Made by a program: the position numbers and the translations under genes
The notes under the pieces: generated by a model
Database searches by the model: none
Told to the model about the DNA's origin: nothing
The model's input: the letters and a program-made list of their open reading frames with translations, nothing else
From: an uncultured Pedosphaera sp.
GTDB taxonomy: Bacteria > Verrucomicrobiota > Verrucomicrobiia > Limisphaerales > Pedosphaeraceae
Assembly (NCBI GenBank): GCA_903930565.1
Contig: CAIYZC010000357.1
Span: forward strand, 4,728 to 68,727
Length of the DNA: 64,000 nt
Direction: 5' to 3'
In this document: positions 53,208-61,974 of the stretch, piece after piece
How positions within the stretch are numbered: position 1 is the first letter of the stretch
How the letters are laid out: each line of letters opens with the position of its first letter

Positions 53208-53618
53208 ATGTCCTCCCTTAGAATTCAACGCGTACGCGAGCTGCTCAAACGCGAGCTTGGCGATGTCATCCGCCGGGAAATCCCCGTGGCGGAAGCCGGC
53301 TTGGTCACCGTCAATGAGGTGACCATGAGCAGCGACCTGCGTTCCGCCACCGCGTTCGTGGGCATCATGGGGAACGCCGTCCAGCAAAAGCGGGGGTTCG
53401 CCCTGCTCAATGCGGAGCGCAAGCGCCTGCGCGGCCTTCTCGGCAAGGCGGTCATTCTCAAGTACACCCCCAACCTGCGGTTTGTTTTGGACGATTCCAT
53501 CGTCCACGGCAACCGCGTCCTCCAGATTCTGGAGGAGTTGGGCCCCGAGACCCCCGCCGCGCCCCCGTCCCCCGACTCCGACCCCGCCGACGATGAAGAA
53601 GCATCCGAAGATCATTGA
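53208..53618 (+). CDS. rbfA: Ribosome-binding factor A
   Basis: 'RIQRVRELLKRELGDVIRREI...VTVNEVTMSSDLRSATAFV' is typical RbfA. Position after infB. Confidence 0.85.
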   Translation: MSSLRIQRVRELLKRELGDVIRREIPVAEAGLVTVNEVTMSSDLRSATAFVGIMGNAVQQKRGFALLNAERKRLRGLLGKAVILKYTPNLRFVLDDSIVHGNRVLQILEELGPETPAAPPSPDSDPADDEEASEDH

Positions 53619-54585
53619 CCGCATCGTGGAGGCCCTGGCGCCCCACCAACGGATCTGTGTGGTGGGCCATGTGCGGCCGGATGGTGACTGCATCGGCTCC
53701 CAAGTCGGGCTGGCCTTGGCCTTGCGGGCCGAAGGCAAGGACGTGGTGTGTTGGAACGAGGATTCGGTGCCGAAAAAACTGGCGTTTCTGGATCCCGAGC
53801 GCTTGGTGCAAAAACCCAAACGCGGCCAGGCCTTCGACTGCGTGGTGGCCACGGACGCGGCCAGTTTCGAGCGGTTGGGCAAAGTGGGCGAGTGCATCGC
53901 CGACCGGAAGCTCTTCATCAACATCGACCATCACAAAAGCAACACGCGCTACGCGGACCTCAATTGGGTCTCCGCGCGGGAGCCGTCGAGCGGGGAGTTG
54001 ATTTTCCGGTTGTTGAAGGTGGCCGGCTGGCCGATCACCCCGGCCATTGCGGATTGCCTGTTCACCGCGGTGTCCACCGATACCGGCTCCTTCCAGTATC
54101 CCAGCACCCGGCCGGGCACGTATCACGTGGCCGGCGAATTGGTGCAGCGCGGGGCCAACCTGGCGCGCATTTGCGACGAGGTGTACCAGTCGTTCCCGCT
54201 CTCCCGGGTGCGGTTGCTGCAGCACGTTTACAACCATTTCCGGCTGATCCACGACGAGCAGATCGCCTATTTCTGGCTCAAACAAGCCGATTTCACCCGC
54301 ACCGGCGCCAGCACGGGCGACGCCGAAGGGCTCATCGACCATATCCGTGCCATCGAACCGGTGGTAGTGGCCTGTGTCTTTGAGGAGATGGGGCCGGACG
54401 TGACCCGCGTCAGTCTGCGCTCCAAGAGCGAGCGTGTGAACGTGAACGAGATCGCCGCCCGGTTCGGCGGCGGCGGCCACGTGGCCGCCGCGGGCGCCCG
54501 CGTGCCGGGCCGCCCCCTCTCCGTCCAACGCCGCGTGTTGCAGGCCATCAAGCGTGCGCTGGATGCCGCCGGTCCGGCCGTCTGA
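53593..54585 (+). CDS. nrnA: DHH-family phosphoesterase (NrnA-type oligoribonuclease / pAp phosphatase)
   Basis: 'GHVRPDGDCIGS', 'VATDAAS', 'NIDHHKSN' (DHH) and 'FGGGGHVAAAG' (DHHA1). Overlaps rbfA by 26 nt. Confidence 0.8.
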   Translation: MKKHPKIIDRIVEALAPHQRICVVGHVRPDGDCIGSQVGLALALRAEGKDVVCWNEDSVPKKLAFLDPERLVQKPKRGQAFDCVVATDAASFERLGKVGECIADRKLFINIDHHKSNTRYADLNWVSAREPSSGELIFRLLKVAGWPITPAIADCLFTAVSTDTGSFQYPSTRPGTYHVAGELVQRGANLARICDEVYQSFPLSRVRLLQHVYNHFRLIHDEQIAYFWLKQADFTRTGASTGDAEGLIDHIRAIEPVVVACVFEEMGPDVTRVSLRSKSERVNVNEIAARFGGGGHVAAAGARVPGRPLSVQRRVLQAIKRALDAAGPAV

Positions 54586-54625
54586 TTTTCCCCCGGCCGC
54601 CTCCGCGGCCCTGTCCCCGAAACCT

Positions 54626-55333
54626 ATGCACGAATTTGACACTCTGGACGGCGCCATCTTGGTGGACAAACCCGCCGGCCCGACCTCCCACGACGTGGTG
54701 GACGAAATCCGTCGGCAGTTCCAAATCAAGAAGGTGGGCCATTGCGGCACCCTGGACCCGAACGCGACCGGCTTGCTGGTCATCGTCCTGGGGCGGGGCA
54801 CCAAGTTGTCCGAAAAGCTCATGTCCTCGGACAAGGTGTACGAGGGCACGGTTAAGTTCGGCGAGACCACCGCGAGTTACGATGCGGATGGCGAGTTGGT
54901 CGCGTCGCTGCCGGTGCCGCCGACGACGCTGGCGGAGCTGAATGAACTGGCGGCGGGATTTGTGGGGGACCAGATGCAAATGCCGCCCATGGTGTCCGCC
55001 ATCAAGCAGGGCGGGGTGCCGTTGTACAAGCTGGCGCGCAAAGGCGTGGAAGTGGTGCGGGAGCCGCGGTTCATCCACGTGTACAGCTTCAAGTTTTCCA
55101 GCTACGAGGAGCCTTTCGGGCGGTTCCGCGTGGCCTGCACCAAGGGCACCTACGTGCGGAGCCTGGCCCATGATCTGGGCGAAAAGTTGGGCTGCGGGGC
55201 GCACCTGGCCACTCTGCGGCGGGTCGTCGCGGGCAAATTCGACGTGGCGAACGCCACCCCCTTCGAGGACTTGCTCGCGCTGGGCAAGGCGGAATTCGAA
55301 AAGCGGGTGATCCCCTTCCTAAAGTTGGTCTGA
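54626..55333 (+). CDS. truB: tRNA pseudouridine(55) synthase
   Basis: 'GAILVDKPAGPTSHDVV' and 'KVGHCGTLDPNATGLLVI' (catalytic Asp). Confidence 0.9.
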   Translation: MHEFDTLDGAILVDKPAGPTSHDVVDEIRRQFQIKKVGHCGTLDPNATGLLVIVLGRGTKLSEKLMSSDKVYEGTVKFGETTASYDADGELVASLPVPPTTLAELNELAAGFVGDQMQMPPMVSAIKQGGVPLYKLARKGVEVVREPRFIHVYSFKFSSYEEPFGRFRVACTKGTYVRSLAHDLGEKLGCGAHLATLRRVVAGKFDVANATPFEDLLALGKAEFEKRVIPFLKLV

Positions 55334-55369
55334 GGGCCGCCGCCCCGCGGCGCGCCCCCGCCCCTGGCC

Positions 55370-56293
55370 ATGCGCATCATCCATCAAGCCGCTGAACTCC
55401 AGCCCGCGGGGCGGAAGGTGTGCCTGGGCATTGGCTTCTTTGACGGCGTCCACCTCGGGCACCAGCAGATTCTCCGGCAGACCATCACCGACGCGCGGCA
55501 GCACAACGCGGTTTCGTTGGTCGTCACTTTCGACCGGCATCCGGCGGTCGTGGTGGCGCCCGCCCGCGCTCCCGGGCTGATCTATTCCCTGCCGCAGAAG
55601 TTGCGCACCATCGCCGCGCTCGGCGCGGACGCGCTGTTGCTGATCCATTTCGACCGCGCCTTCAGCCAGTTGCCCGGCGAGGTGTTCATCCGCGAATTGG
55701 TGCGGGATTTGGGCCGTTGCCAGAGCCTCTGCGTGGGCAGCGCATTCACCTTCGGGCACCGGCGCGGCGGCAATGTCGCCCTCTTGAAAACCCTGGGCGC
55801 CGAGTTGCAATTCGCCGTCCACGGCCTCTCCGCCCTGGCCTTGGATGGCCGGGTGGTGAGCAGCACGCGCATCCGGGAGGCGGTCGGCGCGGGCGATCTG
55901 GACGCGGCTTCGCAAATGCTCGGGCGGGCCTATTCCCTGGCGGGCACGGTGGTGGCGGGGGATCGCCTGGGCCGGGAGTTGGGCTTTCCCACCGCCAATG
56001 TGGACGCGACCGGATTGCAGCTCCCGCCGTTGGGCGTTTATGCCGTGCAGGCGCGGGTCCGCGGCGTGAGCCATCCCGCGGTGGCCAATTTGGGCCGGCG
56101 GCCCACCTTGCGCAGCGCGACGCCCGAATTGCGCGTGGAGGCCCACCTGCTGGATTTTTCGGGCGACCTCTACGGCGAGGAAATGGAATTGGTGTTTCTG
56201 GAAAAGCTGCGGGATGAGCGGGCCTTTCCTTCCTTGGACGAACTCCGGGCGCAAATTGCCCGGGACGTGGCCGCCGCCCGCGCCCGGTTCTGA
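55370..56293 (+). CDS. ribF: Bifunctional riboflavin kinase / FMN adenylyltransferase
   Basis: 'GFFDGVHLGHQ', 'GFPTANV' and 'EAHLLDFSGDLYGEEMELVFLEKLRDE'. Confidence 0.9.
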   Translation: MRIIHQAAELQPAGRKVCLGIGFFDGVHLGHQQILRQTITDARQHNAVSLVVTFDRHPAVVVAPARAPGLIYSLPQKLRTIAALGADALLLIHFDRAFSQLPGEVFIRELVRDLGRCQSLCVGSAFTFGHRRGGNVALLKTLGAELQFAVHGLSALALDGRVVSSTRIREAVGAGDLDAASQMLGRAYSLAGTVVAGDRLGRELGFPTANVDATGLQLPPLGVYAVQARVRGVSHPAVANLGRRPTLRSATPELRVEAHLLDFSGDLYGEEMELVFLEKLRDERAFPSLDELRAQIARDVAAARARF

Positions 56294-56309
56294 GCGCGGG
56301 CGGGCCGCC

Positions 56310-57752
56310 CTACTTTGCCGGCGTCGCCGGTGCGTTCGTGGCCGCCGGCGGGGCGTTGGTCCCCGCGGGCACGGTGCGGCCGAGCGCTTGGAGGATGTAA
56401 TCCTTCCATTCCGCGCCCAGCTCATCCGCGGTTTTCCCGGTGGCGTCCTGCCAGACTTTTTCCGAGTATTTCCCCGAGCGGATGGCGTCATTGAGTTTGG
56501 TCACCAGATGGCGGTCGTATTTCTCCGAAGCCCAATTCAGGAAATTGGCGCCGGGGCGGTAGGCCTGGTCGTACTTGGGATTGAAATTGCGCTGGCGGCG
56601 GACCCATTCCAAGTCCGCCCCGTGGCTCGCCGGCTCATAGAGAAACCAACGAATGTAATCAGGAATCGCCTCTGTGAGCCAACCCGGGGCCCGGGTCGCG
56701 CCGGCGATGCGCCGGGCGCGGCCGTATTGTTGAATCACGTGGATTTCTTCATGCAGCAGCGCCCCGATGGCTTCGCGCTGCAATTCCCGGCGCAGCCAAT
56801 CGCTGTTCGCCGTCACCCGCGTGCCCCCGGTGGCGGCCACGCCATTGCCGGGAGCGATCCGGATCGTGAAGTTGGTCGGCGGGGTATAGCCCTCGCTGGG
56901 CAGCATGGCCGCCAGCTTGGGATACCACTCGGCGAGCACCGGGGCCAGTTTTTCCGCGGCCCACGCCGACAGGTCCGGGGCGGCGGAGGTGTCGATGGTG
57001 ATCCGGCAGGAGCCATCCGGGGCGTTGGTCACCAACGGCACGTACGCCGGCGTTTCCGCGACGGCCGGCGCCGCGTTGGATCCCCCGGCGCCCGGGACGA
57101 TATCGATTTCGCTGTAAAACGTGTTGCCGAAAGCGTCATCCATCTCCGTGGCGGAGCAGGCGAAAAGCAGGTAGCGAAATTGGCCCAAGGGCCCGGCGGT
57201 GTCCGTGATGCTGACCCCGTACTGGCCGCCGCCGGATCGCGCGGCGACACGGGCGAGCAGTTGCCACCCGGCTTTGGCGGGATCGGCTTCCGCCGCCGGG
57301 CGGGCCGTGAAGCCGGCCTCCGCGCCCGTGGCCGCATAGAGCCGGTAAACCTGGGGCGCGCGTTCGGCGGGATGCCAGGAATAGGTGTTCACCTGCCTGA
57401 TTTCAATGGCCCGGCCGAAGTCGAATTCGATCCGGCCGCCGTCCGTGCCCGCGGCGAAGAAAAAGTTGGCCGCGGGCTGGTCGGCTTCCGTGGGGAGTCG
57501 TCCGTCCGTGAGCCGGCGCAACCCCCCGCCGTTCTCGTCCGCCTGGCCGGACAAAACGGTGACGGTGGCGCGGGCGGCGGCTTGGTTCGGCGCCGGGGTG
57601 GGGGGTGGTACATGCGGAAAGCGGAATCCGGGAGTGGCATCGTCATTTTCCCGGTGGTCCACCACCACGCGGACTTCCGCACGGGCGGTGGTGGCGGCGA
57701 GGAGACTGAGCAAAAGCGGAACGGCGAAGTAACGGCGGGGGAGAACGTTCAT
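56310..57752 (-). CDS. Secreted protein: galactose-binding/discoidin-like N-domain + basic-secretory-protein (BSP, 'peptidase of plants and bacteria') HExxH domain
   Basis: Signal peptide 'MNVLPRRYFAVPLLLSLLAATTARA'. 'LLHEEIHVIQQY' (HExxH) and 'GWLTEAIPDYIRWF' resemble PF04450-type proteins. Confidence 0.6.
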   Translation of the reverse strand: MNVLPRRYFAVPLLLSLLAATTARAEVRVVVDHRENDDATPGFRFPHVPPPTPAPNQAAARATVTVLSGQADENGGGLRRLTDGRLPTEADQPAANFFFAAGTDGGRIEFDFGRAIEIRQVNTYSWHPAERAPQVYRLYAATGAEAGFTARPAAEADPAKAGWQLLARVAARSGGGQYGVSITDTAGPLGQFRYLLFACSATEMDDAFGNTFYSEIDIVPGAGGSNAAPAVAETPAYVPLVTNAPDGSCRITIDTSAAPDLSAWAAEKLAPVLAEWYPKLAAMLPSEGYTPPTNFTIRIAPGNGVAATGGTRVTANSDWLRRELQREAIGALLHEEIHVIQQYGRARRIAGATRAPGWLTEAIPDYIRWFLYEPASHGADLEWVRRQRNFNPKYDQAYRPGANFLNWASEKYDRHLVTKLNDAIRSGKYSEKVWQDATGKTADELGAEWKDYILQALGRTVPAGTNAPPAATNAPATPAK

Positions 57753-57915
57753 GCGGATTCATCCTAGCGCGCACAAGTGGAAAGTAAACGGTTTTCGCCG
57801 GCCGGAAAGCCGGCCTCCGGCTGGGCGTTCGGGGAAGGACTCACCCGGGCCGGTTGGAAAACTTGACCGCCCCCCCGGCCATTGGTTAATTTCGCGCCCT
57901 GCAAATGCTGCAATT

Positions 57916-58785
57916 ATGCTCTCGTTCGCCCGAGCCGCCGCCAATGGTTTCCATATGCCCCCGCAATTGGAAGCGCTGAGTGTGGCGGAATACGCGCGCC
58001 TCGAAACGGCGCTCGGCATGACAGTTCGGGAGTCCGGGGGGATCCACTGGGTTCGTCCCCGCCCGTTTTTTTGGCGCCCCCTCCTGCCCTATGAACCTTT
58101 TCCTTTGGCGCCCGCGAACCGCCCCCCCGGTTGGGGCGGTTGGCAGCAGGTGGTGCGCGAGCCGGCGGCGGCCAATGCCACGATGGCGTTCCTCATGTTG
58201 GAGCAGCCCGCCGAATACTCCCTGGAGGGGGTGACCCACAACCGCCGGCGGTTGATCCGCGGGGCCGGCCGCAAATTGACGGTCCGGCCGCTGCGGGACG
58301 CCCGCCAGTTCCACACCGAGGGTTACGCCGCCTATGTTTCTTTTTACCAGCGCACCCGCTACGGGCACTTGGAATCCCGCCGCCGCGGGGAGCATTTCGC
58401 GCGGTGGGCCGACACCCTGTTGGCCGAGCCGAAGGCCTTGATTTTGGGGGCGTTTGCGGAGGATACCCTCCGGGCGGTCTCCGTGGCTTACTGGGTGGGC
58501 GCGACCCTGTTGTACGCCACTCATTTCACGGATGGCGAAGCGCTGCGTTGGGGGGCCACGGAACTGCTGTTCCACAGCCTGCGGGAGGCGGCCGCCGCGC
58601 AGCCCGGGATCCGCCGCGTTTACGTGCGCCGTTACCAAGGCGGCAACAGCATGGACCAGTATTACCAAATGCGGGGGGCGGAATTGGTGCGGCTGCCCGC
58701 GCGCTTGGAGTTGCCCCCCGCGCTGCGGTGGCCCCTCCGGTTGCTGCGCCCGCGCTGGTACGCGCGCTTGCGCGGCACCCCATGA
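57916..58785 (+). CDS. GNAT-fold (Acetyltransf_6 / FemAB-like C-terminal domain) protein
   Basis: 'ALILGAFAEDTLRAVSVAYWVGATLLYATHFTDGEALRWGATELLFHSLREAAA' has the Fem-like GNAT pattern. Its stop overlaps the next start (ATGA at 58782-58785). ATG 57916 is chosen, since 57751 would overlap the divergent gene. Confidence 0.5.
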   Translation: MLSFARAAANGFHMPPQLEALSVAEYARLETALGMTVRESGGIHWVRPRPFFWRPLLPYEPFPLAPANRPPGWGGWQQVVREPAAANATMAFLMLEQPAEYSLEGVTHNRRRLIRGAGRKLTVRPLRDARQFHTEGYAAYVSFYQRTRYGHLESRRRGEHFARWADTLLAEPKALILGAFAEDTLRAVSVAYWVGATLLYATHFTDGEALRWGATELLFHSLREAAAAQPGIRRVYVRRYQGGNSMDQYYQMRGAELVRLPARLELPPALRWPLRLLRPRWYARLRGTP

Positions 58786-59843
58786 ACGACGCGGCCGCGG
58801 CGGCGGGGGCGTGGGACGCTTTTTTGCGGCGCACCCCGGCGGGACAATTCCAACAGGCCTCGGGCTGGGCGCGGGCCAAGGCCGTCGAAGGCTGGGCGGT
58901 TTGTCGCCGGATGCGGACGGCGGCGGGCGCGGTCACCGGCGGCTTCCAATTGCTGTGGCGCGATACCCGGATTGGGCGCGTGGGCTATGTCAGCAAGGGG
59001 CCGGTGGTGGCGGTCGCCGGTGGCGGGGCGGAGGCGGAGCTGCTCGCGGATTTGCTGGCCGCGGTGCGCGCGTGCCGGTTGACCGCCCTGGTGGTGCAAC
59101 CGCCCGATGACCAACCGCATTGGGGGGATTTGTTGGCCGCGCGCGGATTCGCCCCCAACCGGATCACCAAGGTGATTGACGCGACCCTTTGCGTGGACCT
59201 CGCCGGCCCGCCGGGGGCGTGGGAGGCGCGTCTGCGGCCCGCGCGGCGCAAAGAGGCGCGCCAGGCCCGGACGCGGGGTTGCGCCATCCGCGAGGGCGGG
59301 GTGGGGGACGCCGCCGAGTTCTTCGCTCTCATGCAGCTTTCCTGCGCCCGCCAAGGGGCGCCGCCCACGCCGCCGACCGCCGCCGCGTTCGCGGCTTTGG
59401 TTGCCGGCTTCGCCGCGGAGGGCGAGGCGCGCCTGGCTTTCGCCACCTGCGCGGGGGAAACCGTGGCCGCGGGGTTCACCTTGCGGTTCGGATGCCGGTG
59501 CACCACTTTCAAAATTGGCTGGAACGGCGCCCACGCCGCGGCCAATCCCAACGTGTTGATCACCCATGACGCCATGGCCGCGGCCGCGGCGCGGGGTTGC
59601 ACGGTGTTCGACTTTGCGGGATTGGAACGTCCGCTGGCGGAAGCCCTCCTGGCCGGTCAACCGCCGACGGAAGCGCAACTCCGGCACTACGACGCCGCCA
59701 AACTGGGGTTCGGCGGCCTCCCGCGCCTCCTGCCCCCCGCGTGGATTTATTTCCGGCAACCGTGGTGGCGCTTCGCCTATCGCCACGCCATCGCCCGCCC
59801 TTGGTTGGCCGCGCGTCTCAAGGAGCTGGCGCGCGGGGTTTGA
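58782..59843 (+). CDS. FemAB-family (aminoacyl-tRNA-dependent peptidyl/aminoacyl transferase-like) protein, copy 1
   Basis: 'WDAFLRRTPAGQFQQASGWARAKAVEGW' and 'NPNVLITHDAMAAAAARGCTVFDFAG' are typical of FemX/FemAB-like proteins. Confidence 0.65.
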   Translation: MNDAAAAAGAWDAFLRRTPAGQFQQASGWARAKAVEGWAVCRRMRTAAGAVTGGFQLLWRDTRIGRVGYVSKGPVVAVAGGGAEAELLADLLAAVRACRLTALVVQPPDDQPHWGDLLAARGFAPNRITKVIDATLCVDLAGPPGAWEARLRPARRKEARQARTRGCAIREGGVGDAAEFFALMQLSCARQGAPPTPPTAAAFAALVAGFAAEGEARLAFATCAGETVAAGFTLRFGCRCTTFKIGWNGAHAAANPNVLITHDAMAAAAARGCTVFDFAGLERPLAEALLAGQPPTEAQLRHYDAAKLGFGGLPRLLPPAWIYFRQPWWRFAYRHAIARPWLAARLKELARGV

Positions 59844-61235
59844 CCGGCTCACGGATGGCCGGAGCACCGCCCCCTCGGCGTCGCTTGACAAAAGGGCCGC
59901 CGCTCGAAACTCTTGAGCCACTCCAAGCTAAACTGAATCCGCCAACGTAATGACCGCCAACCATTTCTTGACGGAGAGTTCCTCTCGGTGCTCACGGATC
60001 GAATCCGGCCGGCGGCCGCGGTTGCGGCGTCCCCGGTCATCCCCGCGCCGGCGGGGAGCGGCATGAACGGCGCGCCCGGGGCAACCCCGGCGGAAGCGGA
60101 GCGGGCGGCCGCCGATTTGGCGGCATGGGAGGCGTTTTTGCGGCGCACCCCGGCGGGGCAGTTCCAGCAGGCGGCCGGGTGGGCGCGGGCCAAGCAGAGC
60201 GAGGGCTGGCAGTGCGCGCGGGTGGTGCGGACGGCGGACGGGAGCGTGACCGGCGGCTGTCAATTGCTCTGGCGCCACACCCGCATTGGGCGCGTGGGTT
60301 ATGTGAGCAAAGGGCCGGTCATCGCGGAGCCCGGCGGGGGGCGGGAGGCCGCCTTGTTGACCGATTTGCTCGCGCTGGCGCGGAATTGTCGCTTGACGGC
60401 TTTGGTGATCCAACCGCCCGACCACCAACCCCATTGGGGGGAACTCCTCCGCCCGCGGGGCTTTGCCCCCAACCGCATCACCAAGGTCATCGACGCGAGC
60501 TTGAGCGCGGACCTGACGGGCCCGCCGGGGGCTTGGGAGGCACGGCTGCGGTCCGACCGTCGCCGGGAGGCGCGGCTGGCCCGGGAGCGGGGTTGCGCCA
60601 TCCGTACGGGCGGCCCCGGGGACGCCGCGGAGTTCTTTGCCCTCATGTGCCAGACCTGCGCCCGGCAGGGCGTGCCGCCCAACCCATCCACCGCCACGGC
60701 GTTTGCGGCCTTGGTCGCGGGCTTCGCGCCGGCGGGGGAGGCGCGCCTGGCCTTCGCCACCTGCGGCGGCGAAACCGTGGCCGCGGGCTTCACCCTGCGC
60801 TTTGGCGCGCGGAGCACCTTTTGCAAGCGGGCGTGGAACGGCGCGCACGCCGCGGCCAAACCCAACGTGTTGATCACCCATGACCTTATGGCCGCCGCCG
60901 CGGCCCAAGGCTGCACGGAGTTCGATTTCGCGGGCGTGGAGCGGGCCCTGGCCGAGAACCTCCTGGCGGGGCGGCCGCCGACGCCGGCGCAACTGCGGCA
61001 CTATGACACGGCCAAATTGGGCTTCGGCGGCCAACCCCGCCTGCTGCCGCCCGCCTGGATTTACTTCCGTCAACCGTGGTGGCGTTTCGCCTACCGCCAT
61101 GCCGTCGCCCGCCCTTGGCTGGCCGCGCGCTTGCAGGCGCTCGCCCGGGGCGTTTGAATCGCGGTTCGCGCGCCCGTCGTCCCGCCTGCTGCCGTCCGGC
61201 GGTCGCTTCGGCGCGGCTTGACACGCGGGCCGCCG
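58800..61235 (+). repeat. Tandem duplication (about 1.3 kb unit) comprising a FemAB-like gene plus its 3' flank with a TTGACA-N6-GGGCCGCCGC element
   Basis: Gene copies at 58782-59843 and 60063-61157. The flanks 'cgcTTGACAaaaGGGCCGCCGCt' (59882-59904) and 'ggcTTGACAcgcGGGCCGCCGCc' (61215-61237) are also duplicated. Confidence 0.8.
60063..61157 (+). CDS. FemAB-family protein, copy 2 (tandem paralog)
   Basis: Collinear with copy 1 over the whole length, about three-quarters or more identical by eye, with the same C-terminus 'QPWWRFAYRHA(I/V)ARPWLAARL'. Alternative GTG start at 59988. Confidence 0.65.
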   Translation: MNGAPGATPAEAERAAADLAAWEAFLRRTPAGQFQQAAGWARAKQSEGWQCARVVRTADGSVTGGCQLLWRHTRIGRVGYVSKGPVIAEPGGGREAALLTDLLALARNCRLTALVIQPPDHQPHWGELLRPRGFAPNRITKVIDASLSADLTGPPGAWEARLRSDRRREARLARERGCAIRTGGPGDAAEFFALMCQTCARQGVPPNPSTATAFAALVAGFAPAGEARLAFATCGGETVAAGFTLRFGARSTFCKRAWNGAHAAAKPNVLITHDLMAAAAAQGCTEFDFAGVERALAENLLAGRPPTPAQLRHYDTAKLGFGGQPRLLPPAWIYFRQPWWRFAYRHAVARPWLAARLQALARGV

Positions 61236-61279
61236 CCGGGAATGGTGGCGGGAACCGAACGCGAACCACCGCTGCTCCG

Positions 61280-61945
61280 ATGAAGATTACCTACTATCTT
61301 GAAGTCATTTCCTCCTGGTGCTACTGGGCTGAGCCGGCGTGGGCCGAGCTCCAACGGCGCTACGCCGGGCGCGTGCAGTTTGACTGGCAGATCGCCCAAA
61401 TGCCGGCCGCGGCCTATCCGCCCACCCAGGCGGATTCGGAATGGTATTACCGCCGGAGCGGCACGGTGATGCGTTCCCCTTTCATGTTGAACGCGGGGTG
61501 GTTCGAGCCGGAGATCCAGCAATACGTGGTCCCCAACCTGGTGGCCGAGGCGGCGAAGGATTTCGGCGTCACCGATGACCGGGTGCGCCTCGCGCTCGCC
61601 GAAGCGGCGTTGCGCCAGGGGCGCAGGGTCGGCCGGTGGGACGAAGCCGTGGCGATCGCGGCGGCGGCGGGCGGCCTGGCGGCGGAAGCCCTGCGGGAAC
61701 GGGCCCAAAGCGCCGGGGTGGCGGAGCGGGTGCGGGTGAGTTCGGCGGCCTTCGCTGCGCTGCAGATCGATCAGCGTCCGGGCTTCCTGTTGCAAAGCCC
61801 CATCGGGGACCGGGCGGTGTTTTCCGGTTTGGCGCGGATTGAACCGCTGGCCGCCACCTTGGACGCCATGCTGGCCGACGCGGCCGCGTACACCTCCTTT
61901 GCCGCGCACTTTGGCAGTCGGCCCCCCGCCGCGGCGGCGGCCTGA
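61280..61945 (+). CDS. DsbA-family thioredoxin-fold protein (FrnE/HCCA-isomerase-like) with SxxC instead of CxxC
   Basis: 'MKITYYLEVISSWCYWAEPAW' aligns with the 'DxxCPWCY' N-terminal motif of DSBA-like proteins, with the first Cys replaced by Ser. Confidence 0.55.
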   Translation: MKITYYLEVISSWCYWAEPAWAELQRRYAGRVQFDWQIAQMPAAAYPPTQADSEWYYRRSGTVMRSPFMLNAGWFEPEIQQYVVPNLVAEAAKDFGVTDDRVRLALAEAALRQGRRVGRWDEAVAIAAAAGGLAAEALRERAQSAGVAERVRVSSAAFAALQIDQRPGFLLQSPIGDRAVFSGLARIEPLAATLDAMLADAAAYTSFAAHFGSRPPAAAAA

Positions 61946-61974
61946 GCGGGAGGGCCGGCCCGGGATTTCCACCT

